A DNA stretch of 48,399 bases from Pseudomonadota bacterium (lineage in GTDB: Bacteria; Pseudomonadota; Gammaproteobacteria; Burkholderiales; Burkholderiaceae), in NCBI GenBank assembly GCA_041174325.1, contig JBEDHB010000001.1, positions 1 to 48,399 on the forward strand. The letters are read 5' to 3'. Under the pieces are notes generated by a model. The model saw only the letters and a list, made by a program, of their open reading frames with translations, did not search any database and was not told the DNA's origin. Positions 20,085 to 28,915 of this stretch are shown one piece after another. The position numbers were made by a program, and so were the translations under genes. Every line of letters begins with the position of its first letter. Position 1 is the first letter of the stretch.

Positions 20085-21362
20085 TTAGCCCAGACTGTCT
20101 GCCCAAATATTACGAGCCCAACCCCAGGCATAAACACCCTCAAGCTTGGTGGGTGCGGGAGATAGACCACCAGAACCAGGAACGGTCTTAAAGGTCTTAT
20201 CCTTTGCATCGTACTGATGGACGCTCGCTACGTGCACCACCTCATCGGCATTGACGAAGCTATAGCAGGTATTGGTAAGCACTGGGGCTTGATTAATTTC
20301 GAAGCCACCGAGTTCAGCAACGACTGCGGCTGCTGCAACCTTCGCATGCGAGTTCGCCATATGGCCAGATTTGGGCATTGCTGGTGCAATTTGAATGGAG
20401 TCACCAAGGACGTGTATATCTTTGGCGGCTGTTGATTCAAAGTTAATATAGTTCACATTGACCCAACGGGCATTCGAATTTGCAAGGCCAGTTTGTACCG
20501 CAATGTCGCCAGCGCGCATCAGAGGGAGTACGTTTAGAACGTCAGCCTTTACATCATCCTGGACATCAAACTTTAGTGTTTTAGTCTTGGAGTCAATCGC
20601 GACCACGTTATGCTTGGGGCGGTATTCAATCATGCCGGGATACATCGATGCCCAGGCTTTCTTAAATAGACCACCTTTGGAGGTCACGTCATCATTGGCA
20701 TCCAAGATTAATACCTTGGACTTAGGCTTAAACTGTTTAAAGTAACTCGCCACTTGGCAAGCCCGCTCGTAGGGCCCGGGAGGGCAGCGATAGGGTGCCA
20801 TCGGGATGGAGATTGCGTAGACGCCACCATCCTTCATGGACTCGAGTTGCTTACGCAAAAGGACAGTTTCAGCACCGGCTTTCCATGCTTGGACTGTAAC
20901 CCCTTCTTGATTGGCTTTATCTAACCCTTTAATGGTATCGGTCATGAGACCAATGCCCGGGGACAAAATTAATTTGTCGTACTTCATTGAACCACCGGAG
21001 GCAAGACGAATGGTCTTTTGCTTCGGATCAATCGAAGCCACCATATCTTTCACAACCTTGATACCATGACGCTTTGTCAAGTTATCGTAGGGGGTTGAGA
21101 TATTGGCGATGGTAGTGTGCCCACCAACGACTAGGTTCGATAATGGGCAAGAGATGAACTCTGGATTGGGTTCAATTAAGGTAACTTGAGCGGTGTTATT
21201 TGAGAACATCCGCACATACTTAGCGGCTGTTGCACCACCATAGCCACCTCCAACCACGACCACATTGGCTTTGCTGATATTGACAGGAGGGCTGCTTGCG
21301 CAACCGGCTAATACACCAAGAGAAGCAGCTGAACTAACACCTAGAAAGTGACGACGATCCAT
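20085..21362 (-). CDS. fccB: Flavocytochrome c sulfide dehydrogenase, flavoprotein subunit (FccB/SoxF family)
   Basis: Tat signal MDRRHFLG, VVVGGGYGGATAAKY, FAD-attachment SCPLSN, YRCPPGPYERA, MPKSGHMAN, NTCYS. Confidence 0.92.
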   Translation of the reverse strand: MDRRHFLGVSSAASLGVLAGCASSPPVNISKANVVVVGGGYGGATAAKYVRMFSNNTAQVTLIEPNPEFISCPLSNLVVGGHTTIANISTPYDNLTKRHGIKVVKDMVASIDPKQKTIRLASGGSMKYDKLILSPGIGLMTDTIKGLDKANQEGVTVQAWKAGAETVLLRKQLESMKDGGVYAISIPMAPYRCPPGPYERACQVASYFKQFKPKSKVLILDANDDVTSKGGLFKKAWASMYPGMIEYRPKHNVVAIDSKTKTLKFDVQDDVKADVLNVLPLMRAGDIAVQTGLANSNARWVNVNYINFESTAAKDIHVLGDSIQIAPAMPKSGHMANSHAKVAAAAVVAELGGFEINQAPVLTNTCYSFVNADEVVHVASVHQYDAKDKTFKTVPGSGGLSPAPTKLEGVYAWGWARNIWADSLG

Positions 21363-21376
21363 TTTTTTATCCTCAA

Positions 21377-21715
21377 TTATTTTTTGCCAAGCACATTAGA
21401 AATGGTTTGGAGTTGCTCATCGGTATAGCCTTTGGTTAATTGGTGCATGATCGTTCCCGAACGAGCACCACTCTTGAACGCTTTTAGCTGAGTTAGCATC
21501 GCATCAGGTGTCAGATGATTAATTTGTGGCATACCTGCGTTCGGAACACCAACCCCATTTGTGCCATGGCAATTTGCACATGTCGCTGCTAAGGAAAGTT
21601 GATTGATATTGGCTGGACTGGTCTGACTCACCGCAAAGCCACTAAAAGTTAATAGACCTACGGTGCCGATACTAAGCCCCATGACTTTGAGCTTATGTGC
21701 AGATGGAAAGTGCAT
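21377..21715 (-). CDS. fccA: Monoheme cytochrome c, partner of FccB
   Basis: Signal peptide, single CANCH heme motif and distal TIMHQL Met ligand. ATG 21715 follows GGAG; the ORF track starts at 21751. Confidence 0.82.
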   Translation of the reverse strand: MHFPSAHKLKVMGLSIGTVGLLTFSGFAVSQTSPANINQLSLAATCANCHGTNGVGVPNAGMPQINHLTPDAMLTQLKAFKSGARSGTIMHQLTKGYTDEQLQTISNVLGKK

Positions 21716-21936
21716 TTTGATAATCTCCATTGGTTTTAATGCGAACAACAAAAAAGCTTTAGTGATATTAAAGGATTGATGGGCAATTTATAAGAAGATG
21801 TCTCATCGATTCAATACTTAATAGTCATAATGATATAACCCAGAGTGTGCCCTGGGATTAAGGTTTTCCCTAGGTTTTGTTCAAATACATTCGGGAAATA
21901 AAAAGCCTCAAGCGCTAGGCTAATAAACTATCAACT

Positions 21937-23634
21937 ATGCAAGCGCCTATCTCCATTTTGTCGATTCTGTTTGGGCTTGTTCTGGCATGTATTACCTACT
22001 TCTATGGGCTCGATAGTCGCTTTGCCCCAAAGAACGGCGACGAATACCCCTATACCCATATCGTGCGTATGACTAATGCAGCCGATGCCTGGTTGCCGTT
22101 GCAGTCTGAGATGGTCGGTATCAAAAATACGAAACCCCCATTGCTGTTCTGGCAGGGCATGCTCTCAACCGATCATGGTAAGGCCTGGTCACTCGTTAAT
22201 CTCCGTTGGCCAAGTTTGGCGTACACCGCACTCACTGCTATCTTGATTATGTTGAGTGCGATGGCGATTAGTAAAAACCTATTTAGTGGGATGCTAGCCG
22301 GAATTATTTGGCTTGCCTTCTTTAATACCTATCGCTATGGGCGCCCATACTTAGCTGAACCCCCGGAGATCTTTTGGCTCTCCCTGCCATTTTTTCTGTT
22401 GCTGATTGTTGGTAAACGACTCACCGAGTCTAAATTTGCATTTCCTCTGATCACGGGGATCGCCTTTGGTTTCGCATTACTTTACAAATCGGTGGCTTAT
22501 ATCGTTCCTGCCTGCTTGGTTCTCAGTCTTTGGTACTGGCAATGGCGTGATCGTCCGGTGATGGAATGCATCCAGCGCGACCTCCTCAAAGTGATTTCGA
22601 TCGGCCTAATTGCTCTGGGCTTATTTGCTCTGTGGTTTGTGCTTGATCCGGATCCGCGGGCGATCTGGAATGAGTTCGTGATTGGAGAGAATGCGGGTAA
22701 GTTTACGGCTAGGAATACGAGTTATCTGAAGGACTTTATCTGGGGCGGCGATAGTGTGGGCATGCTCTTTGTGACCGGGATGGCAAATGCTGGATTTTTA
22801 ACATTCGCAGTATTCAACCTCTTTTATCTGACGATTCGTGATCGCAAGCCAATGGGCACTGAAGAGAAGTTGCTGTGGATTTGGATCGCGGTGTTCTTCA
22901 TCATCTTTTCTCTGCCGAGTCAGCGTTCGGGTCGGTACCTGTTACCGATCATGCCAGCGATAGCGATCTTATTAGCCATGCATTGGCAGCAGCTTAATCG
23001 CTGGACATTATGGATTGGCTTGGTATTGCAGGGCATTGTCTTGGTGGCCTTGGTATGGCTCTCTTGGAACATCAATCTTTGGTCCTATCCCGTATGGCAC
23101 TGGTTCTTACTTCTGGGTGCAATCGCCATTGTTTTGATTGGGCTATTTCAGGCCCGCTTTACTAAAACAGCGACATTACTGGCTTGTTTTCTCACCACGC
23201 TCTGTTTAAGTAGCAGCATCATGCCGCTTGATGGTGTAGCTGGGCGCTTTGATGCAAAAACCATCGCTGCACTTCAAGGTAAAACGGTGTGGTTCCCTTG
23301 TGACTTTCGGGCTAAGGATGAGGAGTACCGCTTTTTGATACCCGGTGCCGACATCAAAGGCTATCCGGCGAGCGAAGCTAAAAATCTCACACAGTTAGCT
23401 AAGCGCTATGCCTTATTTGCAGTTCAAGCCCCGATCAATACAAAGTTTGTTCCTTGCCCCGATTGTGAGATCATCGGTGAGCGCCTTGAGATGCGAGCCC
23501 GACATTCATCCGATGAGATTAAAGCAATGCTCTTGGGCCAAGTGAGCGACAATCTCTTCGTGAAAGAGTACATCGTATCTGCCCCATTCAACATCGGTAG
23601 GGATGTTACCCCCGAGAAAGATGCTTGCCGATGA
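21937..23634 (+). CDS. ArnT/PMT-like (GT-C fold) lipid-carrier-dependent membrane glycosyltransferase
   Basis: Early GDE and KPPL motifs, LRWPS, about 13 TM segments, RYLLPIMPAIA, and a periplasmic C-terminal domain with CPDC. Confidence 0.78.
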   Translation: MQAPISILSILFGLVLACITYFYGLDSRFAPKNGDEYPYTHIVRMTNAADAWLPLQSEMVGIKNTKPPLLFWQGMLSTDHGKAWSLVNLRWPSLAYTALTAILIMLSAMAISKNLFSGMLAGIIWLAFFNTYRYGRPYLAEPPEIFWLSLPFFLLLIVGKRLTESKFAFPLITGIAFGFALLYKSVAYIVPACLVLSLWYWQWRDRPVMECIQRDLLKVISIGLIALGLFALWFVLDPDPRAIWNEFVIGENAGKFTARNTSYLKDFIWGGDSVGMLFVTGMANAGFLTFAVFNLFYLTIRDRKPMGTEEKLLWIWIAVFFIIFSLPSQRSGRYLLPIMPAIAILLAMHWQQLNRWTLWIGLVLQGIVLVALVWLSWNINLWSYPVWHWFLLLGAIAIVLIGLFQARFTKTATLLACFLTTLCLSSSIMPLDGVAGRFDAKTIAALQGKTVWFPCDFRAKDEEYRFLIPGADIKGYPASEAKNLTQLAKRYALFAVQAPINTKFVPCPDCEIIGERLEMRARHSSDEIKAMLLGQVSDNLFVKEYIVSAPFNIGRDVTPEKDACR

Positions 23635-24899
23635 TGCGGGTGTTGTCATTTGTATTCTTAGTGGTAGCAACGGCGATGGCGTATTTTCAGTTGGACAATC
23701 ATCCGGCATGGGCTGATTTTCAGGTTCCAGCTGAGGAAACTAATAGCGAACCAACCCTTACAGCTATTCCAACTTCGTCCAAAACGAAACCCAACTTAAG
23801 TCCACCCGCATTGCAGGGATTAACGGAATGGTTGCCCGATACCACAAGGCCGTCGGTGCATGCAGCGAGTGTCATTCCCTTAAAAGATGGAAACTGGCGT
23901 GCGTTTTGGTTTGCTGGTTCGCGAGAGGGCGCGGCGGATGTGGTGATTCAGAGTGCGGTTTGGGATTCGGCGACTAAGCAATGGGGGCCAGCAAGCGTGG
24001 TCCTCGATCGAGAGGGCGCGCAAGCGAGTCTTGGGCGTTATATTGCCAAGCTTGGTAATCCTGTACCCATGCGCAACATCAATGGGCAGTTACAGCTTTA
24101 CGTGGTGGCGGTCTCGATTGGTGGTTGGGCAGGTAGCTCCATCAGTGTGATGCATTCAGATGATGATGGATTGAATTGGACTGGACCCAAACGACTAATC
24201 ACCACACCCTTGCTCAATCTCAGTACCCTAGTGAAGGGTTCAGGATTTTTATTTACTGACGGCACGATGGGAATACCGGTCTATCACGAGTGGATTGGTA
24301 AATACGGTGAGCTATTGCGACTTGATCCGACTGGTCAGATGCTGGATAAAACACGGATGACCTCAGGTCGTGGCACTTTGCAACCGATTGTCTTTATCGA
24401 TGATGCCAAGCATGCGAGTGCTTATTTTCGTCAAGCTCGCCGAACGGGGGCCAAACAAATTCCTGTGAGCTATACCGCAAGCGCTGGTGAGCGTTGGGAG
24501 CTGGCTCCTGATTTAGGCCTACCCAATCCCAATGCAGCCATCACTGGAGTAGAGCTATCAGATCGAACCCGTTTGATGGTCTTCAATGACCTGGAACACG
24601 GACGACATCGCTTGGTGCTCGCGGCCTCATGGCCTAACCAGGCTTACGCAGATACCAGTCAGCCCGCAAAGAGTAATTACTCGCCTTGGAAGACGATTGG
24701 TGTGCTTGAAGACGAGACAGCCTCAACGACTAATCCAAAGGAAGAGTTTTCCTATCCGTATATGAGCCTGAACCAGCAAGGTCAAGTCTTACTGGTTTAT
24801 ACCTGGAATCGCAAACGAATCAGGTCAATTCTTTGGGATGCCAGTAACTTACAGTCGTATATCCAGTATGTGAAAGCAGAAACGGATCAGACGCCATGA
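23631..24899 (+). CDS. Exported/membrane-anchored BNR (Asp-box) beta-propeller, sialidase-like protein
   Basis: N-terminal TM segment, HAAS, WFAGSREGAADV, Asp-boxes SDDDGLNW and TASAGERW, LPNPNAA, EFSYP. ATG 23631 overlaps the upstream TGA. Confidence 0.75.
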   Translation: MMRVLSFVFLVVATAMAYFQLDNHPAWADFQVPAEETNSEPTLTAIPTSSKTKPNLSPPALQGLTEWLPDTTRPSVHAASVIPLKDGNWRAFWFAGSREGAADVVIQSAVWDSATKQWGPASVVLDREGAQASLGRYIAKLGNPVPMRNINGQLQLYVVAVSIGGWAGSSISVMHSDDDGLNWTGPKRLITTPLLNLSTLVKGSGFLFTDGTMGIPVYHEWIGKYGELLRLDPTGQMLDKTRMTSGRGTLQPIVFIDDAKHASAYFRQARRTGAKQIPVSYTASAGERWELAPDLGLPNPNAAITGVELSDRTRLMVFNDLEHGRHRLVLAASWPNQAYADTSQPAKSNYSPWKTIGVLEDETASTTNPKEEFSYPYMSLNQQGQVLLVYTWNRKRIRSILWDASNLQSYIQYVKAETDQTP

Positions 24900-25573
24900 C
24901 GCTATCCATCTTGATTCATCAACTGCCGCTCATTGAGATTAGTCTTGTAACCAGTATCGTTTGCTTGCATCTGGTTCGTGCAATGTTCAATATTGCTCAT
25001 AAACTGCTTGCGGGATTTTTCTTTGTCATCATCGCATCACTCGTTTTGGTTGCCCCGTTCCCTGCGATTGGCGCCCCTTGGAACTTGCCGTTTGCGGCCT
25101 ACATTCGGGGTGTGACTGGTGATTTGAGTATTTTGAGTTTATTGCTGGTTATTTTTACGTGGAGTGGATTCAAAACGTTTCGAATTGCAAGCGTTACTCC
25201 AATTCTGATTGCAGTGGTGGCTATCCTGTTTTACCCCTTTGCTTTGGGATTCACCTTGTTTGATCCTTATGCCTGGGGTTATCACTCTAGTATTTTTGCA
25301 GGCAGTGTTTTGCTAGGCGCTGTAATTTATTTCTTTACCAAACACTCGTGGGAAGCCCTGATGCTATCCATTGCCGTGATTGCTTGGTCGATTCACTGGC
25401 ATGAGTCGATTAATTTATGGGATTACCTTTTGGATCCATTTCTCACAGCCTGGGCAATTGGGCTAAGTATTCGATGGATGATTTGGGGGAGACCCCAAGT
25501 GGATGATGCAAATGGATGGAGTGTCGATGCAAACTTGATGGCACGTCGCAAACGCGGTCGGATGTTTGGCTAA
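24896..25573 (+). CDS. Uncharacterised integral membrane protein
   Basis: Highly hydrophobic, about 6-7 TM segments, with FYPFALG…FDPYAWGY and ESINLWDYLLDP. ATGA-coupled to the BNR gene. Confidence 0.75.
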   Translation: MTLSILIHQLPLIEISLVTSIVCLHLVRAMFNIAHKLLAGFFFVIIASLVLVAPFPAIGAPWNLPFAAYIRGVTGDLSILSLLLVIFTWSGFKTFRIASVTPILIAVVAILFYPFALGFTLFDPYAWGYHSSIFAGSVLLGAVIYFFTKHSWEALMLSIAVIAWSIHWHESINLWDYLLDPFLTAWAIGLSIRWMIWGRPQVDDANGWSVDANLMARRKRGRMFG

Positions 25574-25580
25574 TACACAA

Positions 25581-25607
25581 ATAAAAAGGCCGGTTTGCAC
25601 CGGCCTT
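25581..25607 (-). terminator. Intrinsic terminator for the Bug gene (possibly bidirectional)
   Basis: AAGGCCGGT-ttgc-ACCGGCCTT hairpin (25586-25607), with a U tract on the minus strand. Confidence 0.75.
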
Positions 25608-25630
25608 GAAATCATTGAAAGCCCAAGGAA

Positions 25631-26617
25631 TTAATCCGGAATGTTGGCTTTACGAATGATCGGACCCCAACGGTTGATCTCGGCATCCAAGTGAGATTTG
25701 AGTGCCTCACCATTTTGCTTGGCAACTGGAACGATATCAATGTTCGAGGAATCCAAACGAGCCTTCAGATCAGGATCGGTCAATGCCTTCTTGAGGGCAA
25801 CATTGAGTTTTTCTAAAACTGGCTTTGGTGTGCCAAGTGGGGCATAAATACCATGCCAAACTTTCACATCAAACCCTTTCATGCCTTGCTCATCCAGAGT
25901 TGGAACATTGGGGAGAGCAGAAAGACGCTTCGGCGTGGTTACACCATAGACCTTGACCTTACCGTCTTTGATGAACGGAATGGTTTGAGTGGTTTGGTCG
26001 CACAAAATGTTCACCTGACCACCAACTAAATCGGTCAACGCTGGGCCAGTTCCTTTGTATGGAACGGTTGTCACCCGTACACCGAGACGACTCTGGAAAA
26101 TCAGTCCGCACAATTGAGACACGGCACCTGGGCCCGCATTGGCCATCGTTACCTTATCTTTATTGGCACGAATGTATGCCTCAAGTTCTTTGAAGTTATT
26201 GGGCGGGAAATTTTTGCTACCCAAGAGAACCATTGGTACGTCAGCCACTTGACCGATGTACTCAAAGTCTCTGAGGGGGTCATAGGGAAGCTTGTCATAG
26301 AGGGCCTGAGCCGTAGCCATGCCCATGTGGTGGATGTAGATCGTGTAGCCATCGGGTTTAGATTTAGCAACCTTGGCTGAGGCCACCGTGCCACCTGCAC
26401 CTGGAACGTTTTCAACCACAACGGATTGACCCAAGGACTTACTCATTTGGGTTGCGAGTAGGCGTGCAATCGTATCGGTTGGACCACCAGCAGCAAACGG
26501 TACAACTAAGCTAATTGGCTTATCAGGGTATTTTTGTGCATTAGCAGTACCAGTCAATAATAGACCGGCGCCTATCACCGCAGTAAGTAACGCGTTTAAA
26601 GGTTTTTTCAAGTTCAT
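25631..26617 (-). CDS. Bug/TctC-family tripartite tricarboxylate transporter substrate-binding protein
   Basis: Signal peptide, YPDKPISLVVPFAAGGPTD, VENVPGAGG, PDGYT, VPYKGTGPALTDL. Confidence 0.92.
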   Translation of the reverse strand: MNLKKPLNALLTAVIGAGLLLTGTANAQKYPDKPISLVVPFAAGGPTDTIARLLATQMSKSLGQSVVVENVPGAGGTVASAKVAKSKPDGYTIYIHHMGMATAQALYDKLPYDPLRDFEYIGQVADVPMVLLGSKNFPPNNFKELEAYIRANKDKVTMANAGPGAVSQLCGLIFQSRLGVRVTTVPYKGTGPALTDLVGGQVNILCDQTTQTIPFIKDGKVKVYGVTTPKRLSALPNVPTLDEQGMKGFDVKVWHGIYAPLGTPKPVLEKLNVALKKALTDPDLKARLDSSNIDIVPVAKQNGEALKSHLDAEINRWGPIIRKANIPD

Positions 26618-26678
26618 TCAAAAGTCTCCGTAAGGGATAAAGCAAAAGCTATTTTGCCATGGTTTTGTGGCTATAAGC

Positions 26679-27524
26679 CTAGGGATTACCAGCCAAGCTT
26701 AGGATGCGGCGCGCCAGCATGACGACCGGTCGATCGATCATCTTGCCATCTACCTTAGCAGCTTGCCCCCCAGAGGCCTTATCTGCTGCAATCACGCGTT
26801 GGGCCCAGTCGATTTCTTGTGGGGTTGGGGTAAAGGCTTGTTTCACAACAGGTACTTGCTTTGGATGAATGCATAATTTCGCGCCAAAGCCAAAGCGTTT
26901 GGCTTTTTGTGCATGTGCAAAAATTATGGCCTGATCGTCTGTCGCTGGTGTAACCCCATCAATGGGTGGGGCTATCTGCGCCAATTTAGAGGCCAAAGTC
27001 ATCATAAATCTGGCGGTATCTAATTCCGTTTCGTTCTCATCGCAACTGATGCCAAGTTCGACTTGCATATCAAAGTTACCTAGCGCTAGCCGCAAAACCT
27101 GTTGCGAACCCGCGATTTCATTTAAATGATGCAGACCAAGCGGAGTCTCGATCATTGGAATGAATGCGGTGTTTGGCAACTCTTCGGCGGCACCATTGAT
27201 GTGATCATGAGATTCTGTTTTGGGGATCATGAGGCATGGGACTTGCAGCTCTTTGATCAATACCAAATCAGCCGCATAAAACGGCGAGCCTGGTGCGTTG
27301 CAGCGAACTGCGACCCGTTGTTTATCAGTGTCTGAAATCGATGACCAATGTTGTTTGAGTAGCTCACGTGCCTTGGGTTTGTCGTCTAGACCAACGGCGT
27401 CCTCTAAATCAATAATGACACCTTGCGCCCCGCTAGCGAGGGCTTTGCTATAACGCTCGGGTTGATTAGCGGGTACAAATAAAAAGCAAGATGCATCACT
27501 GAGCGGGAAGTGGGGGAGGTTCAT
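26679..27524 (-). CDS. CitE/HpcH-family CoA-ester lyase (citramalyl-CoA lyase-like)
   Basis: LFVPANQPERY, IIDLEDAV, PMIETP, PPIDGVT, GFGAKLCIHPKQV, DGKMIDRPV. Confidence 0.85.
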   Translation of the reverse strand: MNLPHFPLSDASCFLFVPANQPERYSKALASGAQGVIIDLEDAVGLDDKPKARELLKQHWSSISDTDKQRVAVRCNAPGSPFYAADLVLIKELQVPCLMIPKTESHDHINGAAEELPNTAFIPMIETPLGLHHLNEIAGSQQVLRLALGNFDMQVELGISCDENETELDTARFMMTLASKLAQIAPPIDGVTPATDDQAIIFAHAQKAKRFGFGAKLCIHPKQVPVVKQAFTPTPQEIDWAQRVIAADKASGGQAAKVDGKMIDRPVVMLARRILSLAGNP

Positions 27525-27535
27525 GACAGTAATCC

Positions 27536-28915
27536 TTATTTGGAAAAAATAAAAGGTACAGTACTTGCCCGACCAATATCAAACAGCAACGCAATGGCCT
27601 CGCGCATTTCGGGTTCAGTAGCACCGCCACTAAATGCAGCCAACCGTAGGGCTTTCTCTTCGATCTCAGCTCGCGTTAACGTATTGCCCGGATCGCCCTT
27701 GGGCTCGTCAACACGACCTTCATAGACCTGACCGTTTTTTAGATAAACCTTGACCTTACCAATCCAGCGTTGCGGGTAAGCCTGATCGACCTCCGGGTCC
27801 AAAATCATGCTCACCCGGTTACGTAGCGCACAAATCTCAGGATCATCAAAGTGTTTGGCAAACTCATCCAGACCAGCAAATTGAAACTTACAGATGAGCG
27901 CAAGAACCGTACCCATTGAAAATTTGGACTGATGCAAGGTCGTCGCATCGCTAGCGGGTCCGAGTACATCGATGGCGCCTTGATGCACTAAGGTCTCAAT
28001 GCGGTCAATCGCATTCATCTTGACAGCGTGTTGTTGAATCACCTGCAATAACGCATCTGCTGCTGGATGGGTATGGCGACACGAGGCGTGATATTTAAAG
28101 GAGGTCTCCGCCAAACACCAACGTGACCCCAAGCGATCAATTAATTTTTCTGGGTTGGCATCGGTGGATGTGCCTGCAGCAAGACCTTGCACACCCTCGA
28201 GTATTTTCTGGGCTCCGGTAAATCCAGCGTGCGCCAAGAAGGCAGACATCAGTCCGGTGGCGCTGGCATGAGCGGTATGTAATTGCTTAGAATCGGCGGC
28301 ATCTCGTAAAAATTCCCATAGACCAGCCGATTGCGTCCCAGCCGAACCAAAGGCGTGCACCATCTGCTCTGGATTGAGTTTGAGTAAGCGCCCCACAGTT
28401 GCGGCCGCTGCAAGGGTCCCCGCAGTCCCTGTTGTATGAAAAATTTTATAGTGCGAACGACCCAAAAATTCACCGACGCGGATACCGACTTCATAGCCGA
28501 CCACCGCGGCTGTTAAGAACTCGCGGCCACTCAGTTTTTTGGCTTGTGCGACCGCCAATGCTGCTGGAAATACGATCGTTCCCGGATGAAAAACCGAACC
28601 ATTGTGAACATCGTCTTGTTCAACCACATGCGATGCTGCGGCATTGGCTAAGCAGGCGAGAAATGGACTCGATGCGGTGCGGGAAATGATGATTTGAGCA
28701 GACCCCGCAATAGCAGGTTCTGACACCGGCCCCATCGATTGCGCAAATTGCGTGATGATCTCAACAGCCTTGGCACCTTTGCCGCCGATTGCAGAGGCAA
28801 ACCAATCCACCAATAAATCCTCAGTACGCGAAATAACATCCTTTGGAATATCCTCAAATTGCAATTCGCTTGCAAAGCGGGCGAGTTCCGCAGAGTAATG
28901 AATACTCATCGTCAT
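27536..28915 (-). CDS. MmgE/PrpD family protein
   Basis: HVVEQDDVHNGSVFHPG, FHTTGTAG, KYHASCRHTHP, PKGDPGN. ATG 28915 overlaps the upstream TGA. Confidence 0.88.
   Translation of the reverse strand: MTMSIHYSAELARFASELQFEDIPKDVISRTEDLLVDWFASAIGGKGAKAVEIITQFAQSMGPVSEPAIAGSAQIIISRTASSPFLACLANAAASHVVEQDDVHNGSVFHPGTIVFPAALAVAQAKKLSGREFLTAAVVGYEVGIRVGEFLGRSHYKIFHTTGTAGTLAAAATVGRLLKLNPEQMVHAFGSAGTQSAGLWEFLRDAADSKQLHTAHASATGLMSAFLAHAGFTGAQKILEGVQGLAAGTSTDANPEKLIDRLGSRWCLAETSFKYHASCRHTHPAADALLQVIQQHAVKMNAIDRIETLVHQGAIDVLGPASDATTLHQSKFSMGTVLALICKFQFAGLDEFAKHFDDPEICALRNRVSMILDPEVDQAYPQRWIGKVKVYLKNGQVYEGRVDEPKGDPGNTLTRAEIEEKALRLAAFSGGATEPEMREAIALLFDIGRASTVPFIFSK

Noticed and set aside
20036-20085. Right edge of the photosynthesis cluster as an integration (att) site
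   Set aside because: No integrase, transposase, tRNA or direct repeat is visible; only a terminator.
21776-21790. TTGAT upstream of fccA as a possible FNR box
   Set aside because: The second half-site (ATCAA) is missing; the sequence reads TTGAT-GGGC-AATTT.
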